From: Candidatus Latescibacterota bacterium
GTDB lineage: Bacteria > Latescibacterota > UBA2968
DNA length: 64,000 bases
Assembly (NCBI GenBank): GCA_965222605.1
Contig: OZ244960.1
Location: 3,904,001 to 3,968,000 of the forward strand
Reading direction: 5' to 3'
Made by a program: the position numbers and the translations under genes. Below the pieces are notes generated by a model, which was given only the letters and a program-made list of their open reading frames with translations, was not told the DNA's origin and ran no database searches. Each line of letters starts with the position of its first letter. Positions within the stretch are counted from its first letter, which is position 1. Of this stretch, positions 8,924 to 21,300 are shown one piece after another.

Positions 8924-10291
8924 GTTGCTTTTGATTTTGTGGTTGCTTTCCCCATTTTTTACGGGTGCAATGTCCAATAGGGAATTGGTTTTTACGACTT
9001 GTCCGATTAAATCGTGTTCGGTTGTATCGGTGATTTCGACTTCGACGAAGTCACCGATATTTGCAGGGCCCGTGAAAAATACGGCGCCGTCGATTTCTGG
9101 AGCGTCCATTCGGGTGCGGCCGATGTAGTGATATGCCGGGTCGTCTGAGGCTTCATCTACGAGTACTTTGAAGGTGTGTCCCACGTGCACGGCGTTTAAT
9201 TCGCCCGATATTTGCGCTTGCAATGCCATCAGGTCGTTTAGCCGTTCGCGCTTGATGTCTTCGGGTACGTCGTCTTTTAATGCGCCCGCCTGCGTGCCTT
9301 CTTCGTGTGAATAGGTGAATCCAACGAGGCGGTTGAATTGCATTTCATCGACAAAGTCCATGAGTTCTGCAAAGTGTTCATCGCGTTCGCCGGGAAATCC
9401 GGTGATGATTGATGATCGGATGGTCAAATTTGGTATGCGTTCGCGCAAGGTGTGGACCAGTTTGCGAATGCCCGTCTTTGTGGTGCCCCGGTTCATTGTT
9501 TTTAGTATGGGGTCTGATGCGTGCTGGATGGGCAGGTCTATGTAGGCGCACAATTTTTCTTCGGTCACCAGGAGGTCGATTAACTCATTGCGCCAACCGG
9601 TTGGATAGGCGTATAACATCCGCACCCAGTCGAGTCCTTCGATTTGGATCAGTTCTTTTAGCAGGTCTATTAGCCGGGGTTTGCCGTACAGGTCTGCGCC
9701 GTATCGCATGGTGTCCTGGGCGATGAGGGCGATTTCGCGCACGCCGTTGCCGACCATGCGATAGGCTTCGGCGATGAGGCGGTCCAGGTTTTCACTTTTG
9801 TTTTTTCCGCGAAAACTCGGGATGGCGCAAAATGCACATGTTCTGTCGCATCCGTCCGAGATTCGCAAGTACGCCCAGTGTTTTGGGGTGAGTAGATGAC
9901 GCGCTTCTGCATCTCGAATGGTGTGAATGCGCGATGTGCCCAACAGGGTATCGCAATGCGCGACGATTTCGCGCTCTCCGGCAAGGCCCACGATCAGGTC
10001 TGCTTCGACGAGTTCGGTTTCCAATTCTTTGCGGTATCGCTCGGCCAGGCAGCCCGTGACGATGACGCCGCGACATCGTCCATTTTTTTTGTATTCTGCG
10101 GCGTCCATTACTGTTGCAATGGATTCTTCTTTGGCTGGCTCGATGAATCCGCAGGTATTGACGACGATGATATCGGCGTCTTCCGCGTCGTCCGAGAGGT
10201 CGTAGCCGTTGAGCTTGAGGAGGTGGTGCATGCGCTCGGAATCGACGGTGTTTTTGGGGCAGCCCAGGGTGATGAGGTTGATTGTTGGCAT
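8915..10291 (-). CDS. rimO: Ribosomal protein S12 methylthiotransferase
   Basis: LGCPKNTVDSE, NTCGFI, radical SAM CDRTCAFC, TRAM domain with DAPEIDG. Confidence 0.95.
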   Translation of the reverse strand: MPTINLITLGCPKNTVDSERMHHLLKLNGYDLSDDAEDADIIVVNTCGFIEPAKEESIATVMDAAEYKKNGRCRGVIVTGCLAERYRKELETELVEADLIVGLAGEREIVAHCDTLLGTSRIHTIRDAEARHLLTPKHWAYLRISDGCDRTCAFCAIPSFRGKNKSENLDRLIAEAYRMVGNGVREIALIAQDTMRYGADLYGKPRLIDLLKELIQIEGLDWVRMLYAYPTGWRNELIDLLVTEEKLCAYIDLPIQHASDPILKTMNRGTTKTGIRKLVHTLRERIPNLTIRSSIITGFPGERDEHFAELMDFVDEMQFNRLVGFTYSHEEGTQAGALKDDVPEDIKRERLNDLMALQAQISGELNAVHVGHTFKVLVDEASDDPAYHYIGRTRMDAPEIDGAVFFTGPANIGDFVEVEITDTTEHDLIGQVVKTNSLLDIAPVKNGESNHKIKSNHG

Positions 10292-10319
10292 AGTGTATTT
10301 TTGGTTTTATGGTTTAGGT

Positions 10320-11225
10320 TTAATTTTTGGATATGGCTTGTACGCCGAGTTGTGATCCTGTGAGGACCTGGGCTTCGATGCCTGCTTGTGTGTCGCGGGT
10401 CAGGTCGTTGTCAAAGACAATGCGCCCAGGCTCGAACAGGAGTACCAGCGTAGATCCTCCAAATTGGAAATAGCCCTTTTCCTGTCCCCGCTTTACATTG
10501 CCCGGCTGGTATGTTTGGACAATGCGCCCCACGCCCCAGCCCGCTACTTCCATGATCATGATGCGTCCAAAGTGTTCGGTTTCAAGGTATGTCACTTCGC
10601 GCTTGTTGTGGGCAAATAAATCGGGTTTTACGTCGAGGGCAATGGGGTTGACGAGATAGTAGCGTCCAGAAATTTCAGCAGATGCGGTTGCGATGCTGGC
10701 AACGGGAAAATGGTAGCGGTGGTAGTCTGCCGGGGCCAATCGAATGACGAGAGCAGCACCATTTCTATAGGGGATTGCGGATTCTTTTGATGATAGGAGA
10801 TGTGCAATATCGACATGGGAACCTTTGACGGGTAAACGGATTTGTGCATCCAATTTGGGATATGCGAGTACTTTTCCATCGGCGGGTGAACAGAAGATGT
10901 GAGGGTCGGCGATAAAGGGACGTGCGTCGGGTTTGAGTTTGCGCGAGAAGAACGCATTTAAGTTTTCGTATTGTTCCAGAGGCAATTCGATTTCGTCCAG
11001 GTTGATGTCGTATTTTTGCACAAATGCTCGAATTTTCTTTCGCGATCCCGATAGGTCCATCCATTTGCCCAGTAGCCAGCAAAATGGGTATGTGTTCAGG
11101 AGTATGTTGTAAACAAATATCGCGACGCGAGATTGTGCGACAGCATATTGAACGCGGGGCAATATGAGCGGTTCGGAGATCATTTCTCCCGTTTTGCGGT
11201 TGCGATAGGTTATTTGTTCGGTCAT
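10320..11225 (-). CDS. psd: Phosphatidylserine decarboxylase proenzyme
   Basis: SPADGK, RLAPADYHRYHFP, FGGST self-cleavage motif. Confidence 0.93.
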   Translation of the reverse strand: MTEQITYRNRKTGEMISEPLILPRVQYAVAQSRVAIFVYNILLNTYPFCWLLGKWMDLSGSRKKIRAFVQKYDINLDEIELPLEQYENLNAFFSRKLKPDARPFIADPHIFCSPADGKVLAYPKLDAQIRLPVKGSHVDIAHLLSSKESAIPYRNGAALVIRLAPADYHRYHFPVASIATASAEISGRYYLVNPIALDVKPDLFAHNKREVTYLETEHFGRIMIMEVAGWGVGRIVQTYQPGNVKRGQEKGYFQFGGSTLVLLFEPGRIVFDNDLTRDTQAGIEAQVLTGSQLGVQAISKN

Positions 11226-11245
11226 GAGTGGGGTGTGTCCTAAAG

Positions 11246-11893
11246 CTATGTAAAAGACTTAGTCCAAAATGTTTCTGGCTGGGTTTCAAAGGTTATCGGT
11301 TCTTTTTTTGTCGGATGTGTTATGGTCAGGGCCTGGGCGTGGAGGGCGATGGCGCGGTTGGGAAATGGTTTGCGCGATCCGTACTTATAATCGCCCAATA
11401 CGGGGTGGCCCATGTCTGCGAATTGTACGCGTATTTGATGATGGCGTCCGGTGGCGAGGTTCACGCGCACTGAGGATACTCCGTTGCGGTATGCCAATCG
11501 CTCGTAAGAGAGTTCTGCGCGTTGTCCCTGAGGGGCGTTTACGATGCGGCTTTTTGTCTGCCGCCGCGCGATGTAGTTTACAAGACAGCCCTTTTCGGGG
11601 GTTTTGCCATGAACGAGAGCTAAATAGCGTTTTTCAACGGTTCGCTCTCGAAATTGTTGTGATAAGCGGCGCGCTGATGTTGATGTGCGCGCAAAGACTA
11701 CCACGCCTGATACGGGACGGTCCAATCGGTGTACGAGTCCGAGAAATACGTTGCCGGGTTTGTTGAATTTGACTTTGAGATAGGCTTTGCCTATGTCCAG
11801 CAAGTTTTTGTCGCCGGTGTGGTTGCCCTGTACGAGTATGCCAGCGGGTTTGCGTACGACCAGCAGGTGATTGTCGAGGTAGAGGATGTCCAT
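11246..11893 (-). CDS. RluA-family pseudouridine synthase
   Basis: KPAG, HRLDRPVSG, TGRHHQIRVQ, GDYKYG. Confidence 0.93.
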   Translation of the reverse strand: MDILYLDNHLLVVRKPAGILVQGNHTGDKNLLDIGKAYLKVKFNKPGNVFLGLVHRLDRPVSGVVVFARTSTSARRLSQQFRERTVEKRYLALVHGKTPEKGCLVNYIARRQTKSRIVNAPQGQRAELSYERLAYRNGVSSVRVNLATGRHHQIRVQFADMGHPVLGDYKYGSRKPFPNRAIALHAQALTITHPTKKEPITFETQPETFWTKSFT

Positions 11894-12016
11894 TGTGACT
11901 GAAATTTACATGCTAAAGAGGAAAAGCGCAACTGATGTGGACATTTTGCGGTTGACCGCTGGGGGTGAATGGGATAGCTTGCAGCGGTTGGTGGATGGTG
12001 GTTTAGCGTCTGATAT

Positions 12017-12045
12017 GTAGGGGCGGTGCCCCTGTGCCCGCCCGT
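12017..12045 (+). repeat. GTAG-type REP palindrome
   Basis: GTAGGGGCGGTGCCCCTGTGCCCGCCCGT, identical to 2927-2955. Confidence 0.85.
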
Positions 12046-12065
12046 GCTTCTTGTGAGAGATCGAA

Positions 12066-13499
12066 ATGAAAAAACTTTTTGTTCTGCTCGTGATAGTTAG
12101 TGCGCCTCTCGGTGCGGATGAGGGTCTCCATCAATCAGCGATTGATGCGATGGTTATGGCGACGCGCTATTTTCGCACCGATGTTGCGACAAATGGCGGT
12201 TATTTGTGGCGCTACAAGACCGATTTTTCTATGCGCGAAGGCGAAGGCACGGCGTCACCTACGACGATTTGGGTGCAGCCTCCCGGTACGCCTGCTGTGG
12301 GTATGGCATTTCTGGAAGCTTATGAGGCTACGGGCGATACGCTGTTTCTCAATGGTGCTGTTGAGGCGGCGCGCGCGCTTGTATGGGGACAACTCGCTTC
12401 GGGCGGTTGGGATTATCGCATTGATTTTGATGCCGAGCAAAGCAAGCGCTGGCATTATCGGCGCGATGTCGAACGGGGCGATGTCGATACGGGCGGTCGT
12501 CGCAATCGCACGACGCTTGACGACAATAATACGCAGAGTGCGTTGCAATTGCTGATGCGCGTCGATAAGGTGCAAAATTTTGTGGATGGGGAAATTCACG
12601 CGGCGGTACAATTTGGCCTCAATGCGCTTCTCAAAGTGCAGTATCCAAATGGCGCGTGGCCGCAGCGGTTTGAGGTTTTTCCCGATCCGGAAAATTTTTC
12701 GGTGAAGAAGGCGCGTTATCCCAAAACGTGGTCGCGAACCCATCCCGATACGCGCTATTTGGATTATTATACGTTTAATGATAATGCGATTGCCGATGTG
12801 GTCGAGACGATGGTTGAGGCGTACGATATTTATGGGGATGTCCGCTATATCGATGCGGCTAAGCGCGGTGGCGATTTTATTATTTTGGCGCAGATGCCCG
12901 AGCCACAGCCCGCGTGGGCGCAGCAGTACAATTTGGATATGGAGCCGACCTGGGCGCGTCGTTTTGAGCCTCCTGCTGTTACGGGTGGGGAGAGTTTTGG
13001 GGTTTTGCAGATGCTTTTAGATTTGTATGTGGCGACGGGCGAGGACCGTTTTCTCGATCCGATTCCCAGTGCTCTCGATTGGGCCAAACGCTCGCGTTTG
13101 CCCGATGGTCGTCTGGCGCGGTTTTACGAGCTTCAGACGAATCGGCCGCTGTATTTTACCCGCGATTATGTGCTTACTTATGACGATTCAGATATGCCTA
13201 CGCATTATGCGTTTAAGGTGGGGGGTAGTCGGATTGAGAGGATTGAGGTTCTGTACAATCGCGTCAGGGCAGAGGGGCGCGAGAAGATTCTGTCTGAGCG
13301 CGGGCGCATTACCAGTCCGGGTGCCGACCGCGTGAAAGAAATTATTGACACGCTTGATGACCAGGGTCGCTGGGTGGAGCGCGGGTTGTTGAGGAATCCA
13401 GAGAATCGGCGCGAGCGCATTGATGCCGAGGTTCTCTCGTGCCGCACGTTTATTCGGAATCTTAGATTGCTGGCGCATTATGTAAGAGGTGAGAAGTGA
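12066..13499 (+). CDS. Secreted pectate lyase-like protein (PL10 / PelA family)
   Basis: Signal peptide, TTLDDNNT, QYPNGAWPQ, TFNDN, WAQQY...ARRFEP, WARFYE-like LARFYE. Confidence 0.8.
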   Translation: MKKLFVLLVIVSAPLGADEGLHQSAIDAMVMATRYFRTDVATNGGYLWRYKTDFSMREGEGTASPTTIWVQPPGTPAVGMAFLEAYEATGDTLFLNGAVEAARALVWGQLASGGWDYRIDFDAEQSKRWHYRRDVERGDVDTGGRRNRTTLDDNNTQSALQLLMRVDKVQNFVDGEIHAAVQFGLNALLKVQYPNGAWPQRFEVFPDPENFSVKKARYPKTWSRTHPDTRYLDYYTFNDNAIADVVETMVEAYDIYGDVRYIDAAKRGGDFIILAQMPEPQPAWAQQYNLDMEPTWARRFEPPAVTGGESFGVLQMLLDLYVATGEDRFLDPIPSALDWAKRSRLPDGRLARFYELQTNRPLYFTRDYVLTYDDSDMPTHYAFKVGGSRIERIEVLYNRVRAEGREKILSERGRITSPGADRVKEIIDTLDDQGRWVERGLLRNPENRRERIDAEVLSCRTFIRNLRLLAHYVRGEK

Positions 13500-13523
13500 A
13501 TGCGATACAAATGAGGAGATGTT

Positions 13524-14444
13524 ATGCCCGAACTCGAGACGCGACGTCTTGGTCGCACTGAACTTACACCTAAAGCGATTGGTCTTGGTTGTGCCTTTCT
13601 CGGCAGTCCGCAGCGCGTTTCTGACGATGAGGGGATTGCGACTGTGCGGGAGGCGATTGATCGGGGGATTAATTTTGTCGATACGTCTGCTGCTTATGGC
13701 GGGGGCGAGAGTGAGCGGCGCGTGGGTCTCGCGCTTCAAGGGGGATACCGGGAGAAGGTTTATTTGCAGACCAAGGCGGGTACCCATCCGGATCGACGAC
13801 ACGATTTTTCGGCTAAGTCCATCCGCTGGACGGTTGAGAATAGTCTGAGACAACTCAAGACGGATTATATTGATGCGGTGCTTATCCACGATCCGAAGGA
13901 TATAGAAGAGGCTTATTCACCGGGATATGCTTCGGATGAGCTTTTGAAGATGAGAGACGAGGGCCTGATCGGATATACGGGTGTTGGCTGTCGCTCGCAC
14001 GATTTTCACCGCTACGCGATTGAGACGGGGGTTTGCGATATTGTTATTACGTTTCTCGATTATACACTGCTGAGTCAAACGGCTGCGGAGACGACTATCC
14101 CGGTTGCGCTTGAGCACAATGTTGGTATTATTCTGGCGAGTGTGCAGGGTATGGGCGTTCTGGCAGGTCCTAGGCCCGATGTCGAACTGTCTGGTCGCCG
14201 GTATCCGGGGCAGGGCGACCGCGCCGTTGCGATGTGGGAATGGTGCAATGCACGCGGGATTAGTATTCGCCGCTTTGCTCTGCAATTTTGTCTGGCCGCA
14301 CCCTTAAATGGCAATGGTATGCTTCTGGTGGGACCGGCTTCTCCCCGCGAACTCGACGAGGTTCTCTCCGATGCCACTGCCGATGTCGATGTCGATCTCT
14401 GGGGGGAATTTGAGAGGGCGTTTGGTGTGGGGTTGGAAGTGTGA
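13524..14444 (+). CDS. Aldo/keto reductase
   Basis: RRLGRT, GINFVDTSAAYG, SLRQLKTDYID..LIHD. Confidence 0.9.
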   Translation: MPELETRRLGRTELTPKAIGLGCAFLGSPQRVSDDEGIATVREAIDRGINFVDTSAAYGGGESERRVGLALQGGYREKVYLQTKAGTHPDRRHDFSAKSIRWTVENSLRQLKTDYIDAVLIHDPKDIEEAYSPGYASDELLKMRDEGLIGYTGVGCRSHDFHRYAIETGVCDIVITFLDYTLLSQTAAETTIPVALEHNVGIILASVQGMGVLAGPRPDVELSGRRYPGQGDRAVAMWEWCNARGISIRRFALQFCLAAPLNGNGMLLVGPASPRELDEVLSDATADVDVDLWGEFERAFGVGLEV

Positions 14445-14470
14445 AGTATGATCAGCCCCATCAATAGCGA

Positions 14471-14503
14471 CGTCATTGCGGCATGGTTTTAGCCGCAATC
14501 CAG
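14471..14503 (+). repeat. CGTCAT...ATCCAG palindromic repeat, copy 2
   Basis: CGTCATTGCGGCATGGTTTTAGCCGCAATCCAG; compensatory stem change relative to the copy at 3038. Confidence 0.7.
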
Positions 14504-14574
14504 CGGAATTAAAGAAATAACTCAACCTTACGAGCCAATTCCAGCCATCAGCCGCAACCTTACATAACGCTTGA

Positions 14575-14600
14575 GTAGGGGCGACCCCCTGTGGTCGCCC
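14575..14600 (+). repeat. GTAG-type REP palindrome at the left edge of the defence island
   Basis: GTAGGGGCGACCCCCTGTGGTCGCCC, identical to 30534-30559. Confidence 0.85.
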
Positions 14601-14714
14601 TGTTTTTATGACTGTTGCTGACGACCCATAATGTTATGCTGATGGATCAGCAGTTGTTGCGCTGGGACGAAATGTGGGTGGCAGAAAGGGATGGGCTCGG
14701 ATCGTGGAGCAAAC

Positions 14715-17700
14715 ATGAAAATTGCAAATATTAACTTTCCCAAACCTCTATTAAACGCTTTGCGCAACGGCGAACTGGTGGTTTTCGCTGGAGCTGGTGT
14801 TTCGATGGGTGAGCCGACTTGCCTTCCGAGCTTTGAAGACTTAGCGAATAGGATCGCACAAGGAACTGGTAAAACTCGGCAAGAGGGAGAACCGATAGAT
14901 CGTTTCCTCGGACGATTGCAACATAATGGGGTAAATGTTCATGTCCGTGCCGCAAGGGAACTATCTCTACCAGGTCTGAAAGCTACTGAGCTGCATAAGA
15001 ATCTTCTAAGGCTTTATTCCAAAGCCGAACAGGTTCGCGTCGTTACCACCAATTTCGACCTTTTGTTCGAGCAGGCAGCAGAAGGTGTTTTTAACAATAG
15101 CCAGCCCAATGTGTTTCGGGCACCCGCATTGCCCTTGGGGCATCAGTTCAACGGCATCGTCCACGTCCACGGCGCAGTCAGCCATGCCGGCGAGATGGTA
15201 ATTACGGACGCAGATTTTGGTCGCGCCTATCTGACTGAGGGATGGGCACGGCGTTTTCTCGTCGATTTATTTCCTTCTTTCACAGTGCTTTTCGTCGGCT
15301 ATAGCCACGATGATACCATTATGAATTATCTGGCGCGTGCCTTGCCGGTAGGCGAGGCTGACCAGCGTTTTGTTTTAATCGGTGAAACGGACAATGACGC
15401 AGACCGTTGGCGTTTACTCGGGATCGAACCTATCAGCTATCCGCAGCCAAACGAGCACGATTACAGCGCACTATACGAGGGTGTCCGCTGTATAGCCAAA
15501 CATGTCAGGCGCAGTGTCCTCGACTGGCAAAGCGAGATTACTGCTATAGCAAAAAGTCCGCCGCCTCTTGACGAGGAAACAGCAGATATCATTGAGGATG
15601 CACTTGGGGATGCAACACGGACCCGATTCTTCACAAAAGCGGCGTCAGATCCTGACTGGGTTGATTGGCTCGACAAGCGCGGGCTTCTAAAAGCACTATT
15701 TGGGGACGGTACGCTTAACGATCGGGATCGAGACTTGTCATGGTGGCTGACCGATCGCTTCGCCTATGACCATGCTTATAAGCTGTTTCTATTGATTGGC
15801 AAGCACAATATGCGTCTGAATCCGCATTTCTGGGATGCTCTGGGTTGGAAAATCGGAAGAGATAAAGAAACTTCGCTGGATAAGGATATTTTATCCCGCT
15901 GGATTTCACTTTTGCTTGACACCGCTCCGATGCATGAAAACACTGATGATCTACTACATCAGATTGGAGAATGTTGCATTAAGCACGAAATGTTAGATAG
16001 TCTATTACAGATTTTCGATACTATGGCGGATAGCCGCCTACTGATCGAGGAGGGCTTCAAGTGGCCTGATGAGGAGGACGATAATGAGTGTCCGCCCGTT
16101 GATGTGGAATTGCCGCTGATAGGTGATCACTTCGAATTAGAAAGACTGTGGACGCACGGTCTGAAGCCAGAATTATCTCAAGTAGCCGAACCTTTACTTG
16201 AGAGGGTTACCAGGCGTCTGGAAGAACGATATTTCACATTGTACGCATGGCAAAAGGCAAATCGCGAGTGGGAAAGCGAGAGCTATAGTCGCTCGGCTAT
16301 TGAGCCGCATGAGCAGGACGTGATTCCTAAAGCGGTTGATGTGTTAATTGATGTAGCCCGCGACTGTCTTGAATGGCTGGCCTCAAATCAGGTAGAAACG
16401 GCGGCACAATGGTGCGACCGACTTGTGAGTTCAGATGCGCCACTGCTGCGCCGCTTGGCGGTGTATGGGATATCCAAACGCAAAGACATGACCGCAGACG
16501 ACAAAGTTGATTGGTTGCTAAAACATATAGGGCTACACGATTGGTGTGCTCACCACGAAATATTTCGAGCAGTAAGAAAAGTTTATCCCGATGCCAGTTC
16601 GCAATATCGAGAATCCCTCATTAAGGCTGTATGGGCCTATCGCTGGCGGAATGATGAGGACACTAAAAGAGAAAGGCGTACCGCCTATAAGCATTTCGCA
16701 TGGTTTGACTGGCTCCATAAATCAGACCCTAACTGTGCCCTGGCCAAGCAAGCCTTGGACAAGGTGTTAGAGAAGTATCCACAATTCGAGTCAAGCGAAC
16801 ATCCAGACCTGACGCGTTGGTTTGGGTCAGGCCCGGTATACATAGAAAGTCCCTGGACTATTGAAGAATTGCTGGCAAAGCCGGCCGCTGATTGGCTTGA
16901 CGATTTGTTGTCATTCCAAGGTTCGGAATGGGATGGCCCCAGCCGTAGCGGACTCATGGGTAACGTCGCAGAAGCAGTGAAACAGAATTTTGACTGGGGT
17001 CTTGAATTGGCCGATACATTAGCTAGGTCTGGAGAGTGGGATGTTGATCTCTGGTCGGTCTTGATACGGTCCTGGTCAGAAATGGTGTTGGATGAAAACA
17101 AGCATAGTAAAGTGCTCCACTGGCTCGGCAAGACCAATTTATACCCGGAATATAACCATCTGATCGCCGATACGCTTTACACGCTGGTGAAAGGAGGCAG
17201 CACCACCTATGCCTTGAATTTACTCCCACAGGCTAACAAGATTGCTACGGCTTTGTGGCATTATCTTGATTGCAATGGGGAGGAAAAGAACGACTGGCTA
17301 CACCAGGCCATCAATCACCCTGCGGGGATCCTTACCCAATTTTGGGTGTTGGGATTTTCGCTCTGGCGCAAGCAACAAGATCCCGAGCCAACGGTCCTGA
17401 GTGATGAGTATCGCCTGGTACTGTCGGACATCGTGCAGGACCAGAAGCTACCGGGCAAGTTCGGGCGGACGGTTCTTGCAAGTCACTTTGCATTTCTCCT
17501 GGCTGTTGATGAGGAATGGACACGAGAAAATCTGCTCCCGCTTTTTGATCCGGACAATAGTGATTTCCAAGAAGCATGGGATGGCTTTCTCTCCTGGGGG
17601 AACCTTAATCCGGCTGTAGCTGAGGTTATGGCTGATCTTTTTCTCAAAGCTCTTGAGCGGATCGACAGCGACCTATCCCATCAATGCAGGCAGTTTATCG

Positions 17701-18236
17701 AATACTATACCTACATGCTTGTATATTTCGTTGAAGACCCTATCGATCAGTGGATTCCCAAACTTTTTAAATATGGCAGTCAAGATGACAGACAAGACTT
17801 TGCATACAATCTGAACCGCTATTTGCAAGACATGGATGAAGTTGCACAACAGGAATTATGGCAACGTTGGCTCAAGCAATATTGGGAGAAGCGCTTGCAA
17901 GGTGTGCCGGCGGTTCTTGAGCCGGGCGAGATCGAAAATATGCTTAAATGGATACCGTCCTTGATAGCGGTATTTCCTGAAGCCGTTGATTTAGCAGTCC
18001 AGATGCCCAAGGATGTCCCTTTGCGGCATTTCCGCCGGGTGATAAACGACCTCAATGAAAGCCATCTATTGGAGCATTATCCCGAAGCGATAGCTAAATT
18101 GTTGATTTATTTGTGGGAATGCGATCCACCGAAATATACATGGGTTTCAGGGCGGGAACTCATCGATAAGCTTCTTAAACAAGACATCTCATCGGAACGT
18201 AAGCAGGCACTGAAGGAAATAAAAATTCAACTATAG
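14715..18236 (+). CDS. SIR2-domain NADase with long helical C-terminus (Dsr1/DUF4020-like anti-phage protein)
   Basis: [34 protein letters not shown]2_2 motifs; ~900-aa Trp/Leu-rich helical tail; GGAG RBS before MKIAN. Confidence 0.8.
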   Translation: MKIANINFPKPLLNALRNGELVVFAGAGVSMGEPTCLPSFEDLANRIAQGTGKTRQEGEPIDRFLGRLQHNGVNVHVRAARELSLPGLKATELHKNLLRLYSKAEQVRVVTTNFDLLFEQAAEGVFNNSQPNVFRAPALPLGHQFNGIVHVHGAVSHAGEMVITDADFGRAYLTEGWARRFLVDLFPSFTVLFVGYSHDDTIMNYLARALPVGEADQRFVLIGETDNDADRWRLLGIEPISYPQPNEHDYSALYEGVRCIAKHVRRSVLDWQSEITAIAKSPPPLDEETADIIEDALGDATRTRFFTKAASDPDWVDWLDKRGLLKALFGDGTLNDRDRDLSWWLTDRFAYDHAYKLFLLIGKHNMRLNPHFWDALGWKIGRDKETSLDKDILSRWISLLLDTAPMHENTDDLLHQIGECCIKHEMLDSLLQIFDTMADSRLLIEEGFKWPDEEDDNECPPVDVELPLIGDHFELERLWTHGLKPELSQVAEPLLERVTRRLEERYFTLYAWQKANREWESESYSRSAIEPHEQDVIPKAVDVLIDVARDCLEWLASNQVETAAQWCDRLVSSDAPLLRRLAVYGISKRKDMTADDKVDWLLKHIGLHDWCAHHEIFRAVRKVYPDASSQYRESLIKAVWAYRWRNDEDTKRERRTAYKHFAWFDWLHKSDPNCALAKQALDKVLEKYPQFESSEHPDLTRWFGSGPVYIESPWTIEELLAKPAADWLDDLLSFQGSEWDGPSRSGLMGNVAEAVKQNFDWGLELADTLARSGEWDVDLWSVLIRSWSEMVLDENKHSKVLHWLGKTNLYPEYNHLIADTLYTLVKGGSTTYALNLLPQANKIATALWHYLDCNGEEKNDWLHQAINHPAGILTQFWVLGFSLWRKQQDPEPTVLSDEYRLVLSDIVQDQKLPGKFGRTVLASHFAFLLAVDEEWTRENLLPLFDPDNSDFQEAWDGFLSWGNLNPAVAEVMADLFLKALERIDSDLSHQCRQFIEYYTYMLVYFVEDPIDQWIPKLFKYGSQDDRQDFAYNLNRYLQDMDEVAQQELWQRWLKQYWEKRLQGVPAVLEPGEIENMLKWIPSLIAVFPEAVDLAVQMPKDVPLRHFRRVINDLNESHLLEHYPEAIAKLLIYLWECDPPKYTWVSGRELIDKLLKQDISSERKQALKEIKIQL

Positions 18237-18330
18237 CTATGGAATTTTCCCCCTTGATAGTCAAACGTTTTTTATATTTTCAATTATCTATCGCCAAGCC
18301 ACAACTTGAATTAAGATAAAAGGGTTTTAA

Positions 18331-21300
18331 ATGCCTCGTATCTTTGACAATATTGATCAACAGCTTCTTCCTGCTCTCAGAAAGACGCTTGAAATTGCCA
18401 GGCATGCAGACTTTTGTGTCGGCTATTTTAACCTTCGTGGTTGGAAGGCACTGGGTTCCTACATTGAATCTTGGCGTGGCGGTGAAGGTGAATGCTGTCG
18501 TTTGCTGGTGGGAATGCAACGCTTGCCCGAAGAGGAACTCCGTCAGGCCAGGCGTCTTGATAAAGGGGATGGCGGAATTGACAATCGAACGGTATTGCGT
18601 TTGAAACAAAGATTAGCAGAGGAGTTCCGCGAACAGTTGACAATTGGTATGCCGACTCTTGAAGATGAAAAGGGTTTGCGTCAATTGGCGTATCAAATTC
18701 GAGATGGGAAGGTAAGGGTAAAGCTGTTTCTTCGCCATCCACTCCATGCAAAGCTCTATTTGCTTTATCGACCTGACGACCCAATCACGCCAATTGTGGG
18801 TTATCTTGGCAGTAGTAACTTGACTCTTGCTGGACTGTCACAGCAGGGCGAACTCAATGTTGATGTTCTCGATTCAGACGCTTGTCAGAAGTTAGAAGAT
18901 TGGTTTGAAGAACGATGGAATGACCGTTGGTGTATAGATATTTCTGATGAATTGATTAAAATTATTGAGCAGAGTTGGGCGCGTGAGGAACTAATTCCGC
19001 CATATCACATTTACGTCAAGATGGCCTATCACCTTTCGCAGGAAGCACGAGCGGGTTTGAATGAATTTCAGATTCCACGCGACTTTGGGGCAAAGCTGTT
19101 TGAATTTCAAACCGCAGCGGTTAAAATCGCAGCGCATCACCTGAATAGACGCGGCGGGGTTCTGATCGGTGATGTTGTTGGTCTCGGAAAAACTCTGATG
19201 GCAACGGCACTTGCGCGAATACTTGAAGACGATTATGGATTTGAGACCTTGATTATCTGTCCGAAGAATCTGGTGAAGATGTGGGAAGATTATCAGTACG
19301 AGTATCACCTGCATGGAAAAGTGCTTTCAATTAGCCAGGTCATCAATGAATTGCCCAAGCTTCGACGTTATCGACTTGTTCTGATTGATGAAAGTCATAA
19401 TCTCAGAAACCGTGAGGGCAAACGCTATCGTGCGATACAGGAATATATCCAAGAAAATGAGAGCAAGGTTATCCTGTTATCTGCAACGCCCTACAATAAA
19501 ACCTATCTCGACCTCTCTAACCAGTTGCGCCTGTTTGTTGATGAAGGCAAAGATCTGGGGGTTCGACCCGAACAATTGCTCAAGGCATTAGGCGGTGAAA
19601 CCGAGTTTATTCGCAAACACCAAAGCGGTGTTCGAACGCTTCCAGCGTTTGAACAGAGCGAACATATTGACGATTGGCGTGAATTGATGCGATTGTATCT
19701 TGTGCGCCGAACGCGCAGTTTTATCATGGAAAACTACGCCGAAACAGAACATGAGACGGGCCGGAAATTTCTCACCTTTTCCGATGGAACACGTTCCTAC
19801 TTTCCCACACGGGTTCCAAAAACGGTGAAGTTTACAATTGATGACCAAAACCCCGACGACCACTATGCACAGTTATACTCTCGGCATGTTGTGCGGCTAA
19901 TTAGCAATCTGAAACTTCCTCGATACGGGCTTGGGAATTACATTGTTGACACACCATCGAAACCGCCGACCCCAGCGGAGCAAAGACAATTGGAAAATCT
20001 TTCTCGTGCAGGAAAGCGGTTGATAGGCTTTAGTCGGACGAATCTTTTCAAGCGACTTGAAAGTAGCGGACAGGCTTTCATCCAATCTGTCGAACGGCAC
20101 ATTCTGAGAAACTATATTTACCTTCATGCCATCGAGACCGATGACCCACTACCAATCGGTACACAAAATAGTGAGATGCTCGATGCGCGTGTCTATGATG
20201 AAGACGCTGATGATGCGAATCTCATATCGGATCCTTTCGAGGACGACAGTGACACAAAAATTGATGCCACCAACTTACAATTCTCCTCACATACAACAGA
20301 CTATTTCAAACAACGAGCTGCCCAAATCTATCAGCTTTATACGACAAAATATGGAGGTCGGTTTAGATGGATACGTCCGGATCTCCTCTGTCCCTCGCTT
20401 CGTAAAGATCTCACTGACGACGCGCATGCGCTCCTCAAAATTTTGCAAAGATATGGTACATGGGATGCCGAAAAAGATGCAAAACTCAACGCGCTTGAAG
20501 ACCTCATAACTAGGATACACCCAAATGATAAAGTCCTGGTTTTTACACAATTTGCCGATACGGTGCGTTATCTAAAAGCGGCACTTTCGGCGCGTGGGAT
20601 TTCTCAGATTGCGGAGGTAACTGGAGACTCACCAGATCCGACCGGGCTGGCATGGCGGTTTAGTCCCGTGAGCAATAATAAGCTGGATAGCAGCACGCTT
20701 CAAAAAGAGTTACGGGTTCTTATTAGCACAGATATACTGAGTGAAGGACAGAATTTACAAGATTGTTCGATTGTTGTGAACTATGACTTACCCTGGGCAA
20801 TTATACGGTTGGTTCAACGTGCTGGACGTGTTGACCGGATTGGTCAAGAGGCTGAGAATATTTTGTGTTATTCGTTTCTACCGGCTGAAGGTGTAGAACG
20901 CATCATTCGTTTGCGTGGCCGCGTCCGGACACGCCTTCGTGAGAATGCAGAGGTTGTTGGCACGGACGAAGCATTTTTTGAAGATGACGGTGATAATAAC
21001 GCGATTGTAGATCTATATCATGAGCGTGCAGGCTTGCTTGACGATGAACTTGATAACGATGTCGATCTCGCTTCTTATGCGTATCAGATTTGGAAAAATG
21101 CGATTACCCAAAATCCACGCTTAGAAAAGGTCATTCCTGAACTCCCATCAGTAGTTTATTCGACACAATCGCATGTTGCAACAGATACTGAACCCGAAGG
21201 GGCATTGGTTTATATGCGAACGGGTGAGGGAAATGATGCGCTGGCATGGGTGAACCGAGATGGGCAGAGCGTGACGGAATCACAATTTGCCATTCTTCAA

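Noticed and set aside
2927-12045. Mobile unit bounded by identical 29-bp direct repeats
   Set aside because: The enclosed block contains core genes (folA, rimO, psd, RluA family); more likely two copies of an abundant REP
14445-14714. tRNA or integrase att site at the island boundary
   Set aside because: No cloverleaf or T-loop motif and no integrase gene seen; only palindromic repeats
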